Source of the DNA: Alkanindiges illinoisensis DSM 15370
Lineage (GTDB): Bacteria; Pseudomonadota; Gammaproteobacteria; Pseudomonadales; Moraxellaceae
Direction of reading: 5' to 3'
Length of the DNA stretch: 32,000 nucleotides
Assembly: GCF_000619845.1 (NCBI RefSeq)
Contig: NZ_KK211037.1
Location: 322,979 to 354,978 of the forward strand
In this document: positions 26,501 to 32,000 of the stretch, in pieces
Layout: each line of letters starts with the position of its first letter
How positions within the stretch are numbered: position 1 is the stretch's first letter
Notes under the pieces: generated by a model
What the model saw: only the letters and a program-made list of their open reading frames with translations
Told to the model about the DNA's origin: nothing
The model's database searches: none
Program-made: the position numbers and the translations under genes

Positions 26501-26554
26501 TCGTGACCATTATGGGATTTAATTCTAGGGGATTTAATCCAGGCTGCGCATGCC

Positions 26555-29500
26555 ATGAATAGTCAGGTTCAGCCACAGGCGATCATTCCGCCAACCCCGG
26601 CCATTGACCTTGGTCTCAACGGGATTCACCTGATTGAAGCCTCGGCAGGCACTGGCAAAACCTGGACACTCTCCACCCTGATGGTGCGCTTTATTGTGGA
26701 AGGCGAATACCTGACCCGCCAGATTATTGCCACCACGTTTACCCGTGCTGCTGCTGCCGAGCTAAAACTGCGCATCCGCAAGCGTTTTGAGGATTTTCGC
26801 AGCCTGTTTCACCGCGCCATTGAACACCATGCTGAAGTATTACAACACATGCAGGCTGAGCAGGACTGGCTGGCCGTGTATTTGCTGCAAAAGCTGGATA
26901 TCGAGCAGCTCAACCATGCCAGCAACCGCCTGCAACTGGCACTGGACAGTTTTGATGAACTGTTTGTGGGCACGCTGGACAGTTTTTGCCAGAAGCTGCT
27001 GAATGAATTTGCCTTTGATAGCGGCCAGCATGAAATCCTGCAAATTAGTGAACAGGAAGCCGAGGCCTGCTATCAGGTGATGCACGATGCCTTGCGTCAA
27101 TGGCGTAGCCGTCAGCCTGCGTGCATCATTGAATTATTGGTACTCACCGACCAGCTCAAAGACGTCGAAGACTATCGCGGTAGCATGACCACGGTGCTGA
27201 ATTTTTTATCCGCACAATTGCAGCCGATTGACATGCCAGTGATTGACTGGCAATTATTTGAGCAGACCCAGCAGCAATTAAAGCAATGTGACTGGTCAAC
27301 ATTGGCTGCATTTTTACAGCCGGATGGGGAACACCACAGCAAGCTGGTGAAGAACCGCGCCTTTAGCAATAATGCGCAGGTATTTCCGGCAATCGTAGCG
27401 GCATTGCAGGACAACCTGCTGGATTATTTGTGTCAGCTTAATGCAGACAGTGCTGAGTATCGCTGGCTGGAAGGATTTGCCAAGATTGAAGGCCAGTTTA
27501 AAAAGGCTGATGAAGCCCTTAAGCAGCATTTTATTAATCTGCCTGCCTGTCAGGTGCTGATGCAGGTTCAGCATTGTATGCTGCATTTGCACGACAGTCT
27601 GGAGCAAATTTCCCAGCACACGCATTATTTTGTCAGTCAAATGGTGCGCCAGCAACTGCCGCAAATTTTAAGCGAGCGTGGTGAAACCACCTTTTCCCAG
27701 CAAATGCGTGTACTGGCCGATGTGCTGCAACAGGATGCCAGCCAAAGTCTGGCGCAGCATATCCAGCACCGTTATCCGGTGGCACTGGTGGATGAGTTTC
27801 AGGACACCAATTTTGATCAGGATCGCGTGATTGCATATATCTGGCGGCAGCCGGTGCAATCTATCAATCAGCCTTCTAAATCTCCTGTAGTGCTTGAACA
27901 AGATTCTGGCCTTCTTGCAGCGCAGAACGCCTCAGAACATGGCAGTGCTTTGCTTAATCCTCGCCTGCTCGAGCAAAGCTCTCGCCTTGCGCGCGGACAG
28001 ATGAGAAGCAAAGCTTCGCAAGACGAAGTGGCCCTGTTTAATCCGCGCTCATGCCTCGTGCTAGTCGGTGATCCCAAACAAGCCATTTATGGTTTTCGCG
28101 GCGGGGACATGCTCACCTATCAGCGCGCCAAAATGCAGGTCATGCAGCATGGCGGGCAGCAGCATTTTTTACGCTTTAACCATCGTTCCATTGCGCCATT
28201 GGTGTCAGCGGTAGATCGCCTGTTTCAGTTTAATCCCGAGTTTGGCGAGCAGGTACAATATCAGCCCGTCGAAGCCGGTGGCCGCAATAGCACTGAGCTG
28301 CGTGATGGCAATGACATCAATCATGTGCCCTTGCGCCTATTGTGTATTGAAGACCAAAAAACCGAGTTTGAACAGGTGGCGTGGCAAATCATTCATTTGC
28401 TGCAAGCAAGCCATAGCGGACAAGTACAAATTAAGCACCATGACCAGTTTGAGCCCATCAGCCCCAGCCATATTGCCGTGTTATGCCGTTCCAACAGTCA
28501 ACTGGATAAGGTTCAGGCCGTGTTACAACAGGCCAAAGTGCCGGTATGGCGTGGTTCACGCTTAAGTATTTTCCAGACCACGCTGGCCGAAGACATTGTC
28601 GCGCTCATGCAAGTGATGCTGGCACCGTACCATGAAGGCCGTTTGCGGCGTGCGCTGGCGGGCAGCCTGATTGGCAAAACCTTAAAGGCACTGGTGCAAC
28701 TCGACCAGCAACCCGATGAACTGGCACGCTTGCAGGGTCTGTTTTTTAGTCTGGGTGAACGCTGGTACAGGGCCGGATTTTTGGCAGCATGGCAGCAGCT
28801 GAGTGAAGCCTTTGACATCTGGCCGCAATTGTCACGGCAGCCCAATGCCGAACGGCTGGTGGTGAATTTGCGCCATTTGATTGAAGTGATTCACCAGCAA
28901 AGCGAAAAAATTCAGGGCCAGCATCACTTGCTGGCGTGGCTGATGCGCCAAATGAGCCAGCCGGGTCAGCGCGAGTGGGAGCTGGAGCGCAGGCTGTCCG
29001 GCGAGCAGGGCGTGCAGCTGATGACCATTCACAAATCCAAGGGCCTTGAGTTTCCCATTGTGTTTGTGGCGGGGCTTGATCCCGCGAAAGGTGGACAAAA
29101 ATCCAATATTATTTTTTATGAAGAAAACCAGCAACGCATGCTGTCGTTTTCCAACCGTAATGCTGCCCAGCTGGAAGCTCATCAGCAACGTGAACAGGCC
29201 GAATTACGCCGCCTGATTTATGTGGCTCTCACGCGTGCCAGCATGCGCCTATATGTGATTGCGCCACCTGCACCGGGCAAGGATGGTAAAATAAAGGATG
29301 GTAAAATAAAGGATGGTAAAATAAAGGATGGTAAAATAAAGGATGGTAAAATCAGGGGCGCACTGTATCACTGGCTACCTGCCGCACGTGAGGGCTGGAG
29401 CGGCCCCAATACCTTGGTACAGGACGGACTGACTGAATGTCCGCAGTTTATTTATAAACAGCTGAGCAGCCATGTGGATATTGATGCACGGCCAGTGCCC

Positions 29501-30598
29501 AGCCATCGGGTATATGCGTGGGGTCTCACCAGTTTTAGCCAGTTGTCACGCCATCAAAAAATGCTGCCCATCGTGGTGGAGCAACCGGAGCATCAAGCCT
29601 TAAATGACATTGCTGCTACTCCTGCGGATGACATTTTGCTGCATACCGATGAGCCATTAACTGACCTACAAAAGGTACAAAAAACCAGTCAGCGCGCTAG
29701 CATGTCCACAGGAAAAATAGCTCTGCAAGCTGATGAAGGCCTAGTGCTTTCTTCAAATCTTTTAGAATCAAAGGAGCTTGAAGCAGGACGTCTTGAACCA
29801 AAAGAACCTAAGACAGAAGCGACACTAGTAGCAGATCCAGAAACTAGTGAACCCACACTGCCATTGTGTTTTAGCTTTCCACGCGGTGCCAATGCAGGGG
29901 ATTGCCTGCATCATATTCTGGAGCAGCTCAATCCCGGACATCAGGAATATTGGCCGCAGGTGTTTGAAAAACAGTTGCAGAACTTTGCCATTAATGCCCA
30001 ACTGGAACGCTATGGGCAGCCTGTGGTTGACCTTGAGCACATGGCAGGCTGGTTTAACGATATCTTGCAGGCTCAATTGCCAGAAGGTGCCACGCTGGCC
30101 AGTCTGGACAGCCAGATTCATGAGTTTGAGTTTCACCTGTCGGTTGCTGACAAAATGGTGGATACCCAAGCCATTGGGCAGTTACTGGCCCAGCATCAAG
30201 TACCGGTAGCGCCGCTCAATAGCGTGATGAATGCACGTTACCTGCATGGTTTTATTGATCTGGTATATGTGCATCAGGACAAATATTATATTGCCGATTA
30301 CAAGAGCAATTATCTGGGCGACCAGTATAGTGATTACCAGCCTGCGGCACTGCGCGACAACATGAGTAATTCCAGCTACTGGCTACAGGCGGCGCTATAC
30401 CAGCTGGCCTTGCATCGGTTCCTTAAGCTGCGTTTGCCAGACTATCAGCCTGCACGGCATCTGGGAGGGTCTGTGTATTTGTATTTGCGTGGCATGCAGC
30501 AGGGTTCTGACCAGAACGGTATCCTGCACTGGCAGGCAAACGAGGACTTGCTTGATCAACTGGATCACTTGCTAGGACAGCATGATCCGTGGCAATAA
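26555..30598 (+). CDS. recB: Exodeoxyribonuclease V beta subunit RecB (SF1 helicase + PD-(D/E)xK nuclease), enlarged by insertions
   Basis: 1347 aa. It has helicase motifs I (EASAGTGKTWT), II (VDEFQDTN), III (LVGDPKQAIYGFRGGD) and V/VI (TIHKSKGLEFP, YVALTRA). The C-terminal nuclease motif is GFIDLVYVHQDKYYIADYKSN. It is about 170 aa longer than E. coli RecB as I recall it (1180 aa). The extra length is concentrated at 27855-28053, 29279-29352 and ~29684-29865. Confidence 0.93.
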   Translation: MNSQVQPQAIIPPTPAIDLGLNGIHLIEASAGTGKTWTLSTLMVRFIVEGEYLTRQIIATTFTRAAAAELKLRIRKRFEDFRSLFHRAIEHHAEVLQHMQAEQDWLAVYLLQKLDIEQLNHASNRLQLALDSFDELFVGTLDSFCQKLLNEFAFDSGQHEILQISEQEAEACYQVMHDALRQWRSRQPACIIELLVLTDQLKDVEDYRGSMTTVLNFLSAQLQPIDMPVIDWQLFEQTQQQLKQCDWSTLAAFLQPDGEHHSKLVKNRAFSNNAQVFPAIVAALQDNLLDYLCQLNADSAEYRWLEGFAKIEGQFKKADEALKQHFINLPACQVLMQVQHCMLHLHDSLEQISQHTHYFVSQMVRQQLPQILSERGETTFSQQMRVLADVLQQDASQSLAQHIQHRYPVALVDEFQDTNFDQDRVIAYIWRQPVQSINQPSKSPVVLEQDSGLLAAQNASEHGSALLNPRLLEQSSRLARGQMRSKASQDEVALFNPRSCLVLVGDPKQAIYGFRGGDMLTYQRAKMQVMQHGGQQHFLRFNHRSIAPLVSAVDRLFQFNPEFGEQVQYQPVEAGGRNSTELRDGNDINHVPLRLLCIEDQKTEFEQVAWQIIHLLQASHSGQVQIKHHDQFEPISPSHIAVLCRSNSQLDKVQAVLQQAKVPVWRGSRLSIFQTTLAEDIVALMQVMLAPYHEGRLRRALAGSLIGKTLKALVQLDQQPDELARLQGLFFSLGERWYRAGFLAAWQQLSEAFDIWPQLSRQPNAERLVVNLRHLIEVIHQQSEKIQGQHHLLAWLMRQMSQPGQREWELERRLSGEQGVQLMTIHKSKGLEFPIVFVAGLDPAKGGQKSNIIFYEENQQRMLSFSNRNAAQLEAHQQREQAELRRLIYVALTRASMRLYVIAPPAPGKDGKIKDGKIKDGKIKDGKIKDGKIRGALYHWLPAAREGWSGPNTLVQDGLTECPQFIYKQLSSHVDIDARPVPSHRVYAWGLTSFSQLSRHQKMLPIVVEQPEHQALNDIAATPADDILLHTDEPLTDLQKVQKTSQRASMSTGKIALQADEGLVLSSNLLESKELEAGRLEPKEPKTEATLVADPETSEPTLPLCFSFPRGANAGDCLHHILEQLNPGHQEYWPQVFEKQLQNFAINAQLERYGQPVVDLEHMAGWFNDILQAQLPEGATLASLDSQIHEFEFHLSVADKMVDTQAIGQLLAQHQVPVAPLNSVMNARYLHGFIDLVYVHQDKYYIADYKSNYLGDQYSDYQPAALRDNMSNSSYWLQAALYQLALHRFLKLRLPDYQPARHLGGSVYLYLRGMQQGSDQNGILHWQANEDLLDQLDHLLGQHDPWQ
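27855..28053. repeat. ~200-bp structured repeat copy embedded in-frame in recB between helicase motifs II and III
   Basis: It encodes ..VQSINQPSKSPVVLEQDSGLLAAQNASEHGSALLNPRLLEQSSRLARGQMRSKASQDEVALFNPRS.., where E. coli RecB (as I recall it) has only ~15 residues. Positions 27986-28031 are 34/46 identical (my hand count) to the intergenic copy at 7386-7431, with a shared 14-mer. The right end tttaatccgcgctcat matches acttatcctcgctcat (7495-7510) at 12/16. It contains the hairpin GCTTTGC..GCAAAGC, like the one in the MITE-like element. Confidence 0.65.
29279..29352. repeat. Perfect 15-bp tandem repeat (GGATGGTAAAATAAA x4 plus a 12-nt partial copy) inside recB
   Basis: Identical units lie at 29281-29295, 29296-29310, 29311-29325 and 29326-29340. 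A partial unit follows at 29341-29352. The repeat is in-frame and encodes GKDGKIKDGKIKDGKIKDGKIKDGKIRG just after helicase motif VI. Confidence 0.95.
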
Positions 30599-30610
30599 CT
30601 AAACAACCTG

Positions 30611-31999
30611 ATGGCAAATGGGCAAACATTAAAAGACTTTTGTCATTTTCTAAGGGCACTAAAACAGGCAGGCAAGGCTGTGGATAACTCTGTTGATAAC
30701 CCTGTGGGTAAGTTTGTGGATAAACCTGTTGATAACCTTGCGGATAAGTCTGTTGATAATATTCAGACAACTGATGAGTCTGTAGAAGACACCTGGTTTG
30801 CTGCTTTGGCAACCCAGTTAACCCGTCTGGATGCTGGGCTTACTGACCTTAAAAAAGATCAATTAAAACAACTTATTCTTAATGTTGGGCAGGCACTGGA
30901 CAATGGCCATACCTGTTTGCTGCTAACGCCAGAGCATCTAAAATCTGTACAGTTACAGCATCCTTTGATTGTGGATGAAAAACAGGCCACAACTCAACCG
31001 GCACCGCTGGTCAGGGCGGAGGATTATCTATACTTTTATCGGCAGTGGCAACAGGAATATCGACTGGCTGAACAATTAACACGCATTTTAACGGCTGTTC
31101 GGCCAGTAACTGTACAATTTGAAGCCGGTGAAACGGCCAATGCACGCCAGCAACAAGCCATTACCCTGGCCGCCAGGCATTCCTTTAGCCTGATTACCGG
31201 TGGGCCGGGCACTGGCAAGACCTATACCTTGGTGAGGATTGTTAAGGCCCTGCAACAGGCCCAGCCGGATTTGCGTATTGCACTGGCAGCTCCCACGGGC
31301 AAGGCCGCACAGCGTATGCAAAGTGTACTGGATATCGCCTTTGCCGAATCCGGCATTCAAAGCAGCCAGATTCAAACCGCCCAGACTGTGCATCGGCTAC
31401 TGGGACTGGGCAGCAGCGGCAAGCCCCGTTATCACCAGCGCGTCCCGTTGCCGTATGACCTGATTGTACTGGACGAAGGCTCCATGCTGGATCTGGCGCT
31501 GGGCAGTTTGCTGTTTGATGCCATTGCACCGGGTACCCGCCTGATTATTCTGGGCGATGCCGACCAGCTGGCTGCGGTGGATGCCGGGGCAGTACTGGCT
31601 GACCTGCAACAAACCCCGGCCTTGCAGGATCACCAGATTCATTTGCTGGAAAGTAAGCGCTTTAATGCCACGCAAGGTATTGGCCAACTGGCATCGGCAA
31701 TTTTGGCGCAGGATATTACGACGTTCTGGCACACCTTTCACAAGCCTGAAAACCAGTCCATTTTAAAACACATTAATCCTGAGCCTTTAAGCGACCAGCA
31801 ACTGTTTGACCAGTTATGGCAGGGTTTTTTACCGTATGTTGACGCGCTAAAAAACGGACAGTCGGTGCAGCAACTGTTTTCGGTATTTGATCAGTACCGC
31901 ATTTTAACAGCCATGCGCTCAGGCCGCCTTGGCGTTAAACGGATCAATCAGGAAATGTCACGTCGGCTGCAACTGGCACTCACCCAGACGGTTGGCTTT
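30611..31999 (+). CDS. recD: Exodeoxyribonuclease V alpha subunit RecD (partial, runs off the right edge)
   Basis: It is absent from the ORF track because it has no in-window stop. My translation from the ATG at 30611 stays open to the window end. It contains SF1 motifs: Walker A (LITGGPGTGKTYT), AAPTGKAAQRM, Walker B (LIVLDEGSMLD) and ILGDADQLAAV. It starts 12 nt after the recB stop. An alternative in-frame TTG at 30806 would remove the repeat-bearing N-terminal extension. Confidence 0.88.
   Translation, partial: MANGQTLKDFCHFLRALKQAGKAVDNSVDNPVGKFVDKPVDNLADKSVDNIQTTDESVEDTWFAALATQLTRLDAGLTDLKKDQLKQLILNVGQALDNGHTCLLLTPEHLKSVQLQHPLIVDEKQATTQPAPLVRAEDYLYFYRQWQQEYRLAEQLTRILTAVRPVTVQFEAGETANARQQQAITLAARHSFSLITGGPGTGKTYTLVRIVKALQQAQPDLRIALAAPTGKAAQRMQSVLDIAFAESGIQSSQIQTAQTVHRLLGLGSSGKPRYHQRVPLPYDLIVLDEGSMLDLALGSLLFDAIAPGTRLIILGDADQLAAVDAGAVLADLQQTPALQDHQIHLLESKRFNATQGIGQLASAILAQDITTFWHTFHKPENQSILKHINPEPLSDQQLFDQLWQGFLPYVDALKNGQSVQQLFSVFDQYRILTAMRSGRLGVKRINQEMSRRLQLALTQTVGF
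30677..30760 (+). repeat. Seven head-to-tail 12-bp repeats (consensus yCTGTkGATAAc), each containing a DnaA-box-like 9-mer
   Basis: The units are gctgtggataac, tctgttgataac, cctgtgggtaag, tttgtggataaa, cctgttgataac, cttgcggataag and tctgttgataat. TGTGGATAA, the exact complement of the TTATCCACA DnaA box, occurs at 30679-30687 and 30715-30723. The other five 9-mers each differ from it at one position. In the recD frame the array encodes (A/S/P/F/L)-V/A-D/G-N/K x7. Confidence 0.85.
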
Positions 32000-32000
32000 G

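Noticed and set aside
23470-30169. Many 60-135-aa ORFs overlapping recC and recB on either strand (for example 23654-23959, 24421-24663, 25985-26389, 27314-27664, 28832-29188, 29825-30169)
   Set aside because: They are shadow frames of two very long ORFs with unambiguous RecC and RecB motifs.
30423-30812. Track ORF 30423-30812 (-) with a striking YPQGYQQ-type peptide repeat
   Set aside because: It is the antisense translation of the 12-bp repeat array at the recD 5' end, and it overlaps the recB 3' end. The periodicity is explained by the DNA repeat and not by a separate gene.
31036-31766. Track ORFs overlapping recD (31036-31218, 31088-31393, 31239-31463, 31242-31529, 31397-31741, 31557-31766)
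   Set aside because: They are out of frame or antisense to the open recD frame, which carries clear SF1 helicase motifs.

Overview
The window looks like a chromosomal segment of a gammaproteobacterium. A Moraxellaceae or Acinetobacter-like origin is my inference from gene content and cannot be verified here. I found no rRNA, tRNA or CRISPR array.

Gene order, left to right:
- a large lipoprotein gene running off the left edge (missing from the ORF track)
- patatin-like lipase, TraX-like and LysE-like membrane proteins
- the ubiE-ubiJ-ubiB operon on the minus strand
- two tandem paralogous genes of unknown function, divergent from a two-domain PPK2 (polyphosphate:AMP phosphotransferase type)
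- an expanded Rtc RNA-repair locus: rtcR, RNase Z, a small membrane protein, a sigma54 promoter, rtcB, 1.48 kb of inserted material, then rtcA
- a Cys-rich anchored protein, an ABC exporter and a DUF697-like protein
- recC-recB-recD, with recD running off the right edge (also missing from the ORF track)

Points worth a second look:
1. rtcB and rtcA are split by a GIY-YIG ORF bracketed by a perfect 15-bp inverted repeat and by arrays of the same motif. The gap also holds a frameshifted DIP1984-like gene and a 196-bp MITE-like element with terminal inverted repeats.
2. A structured dispersed repeat has one copy in the ubiE-ubiJ spacer. Another copy appears to sit in-frame inside recB, between helicase motifs II and III.
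3. recB contains a perfect 15-bp tandem repeat.
4. The start of recD carries seven same-orientation DnaA-box-like 9-mers at exact 12-bp spacing.
5. An RNase Z gene lies between rtcR and its presumed target promoter.

Most short ORFs in the supplied track are antisense or out-of-frame shadows of the large genes.
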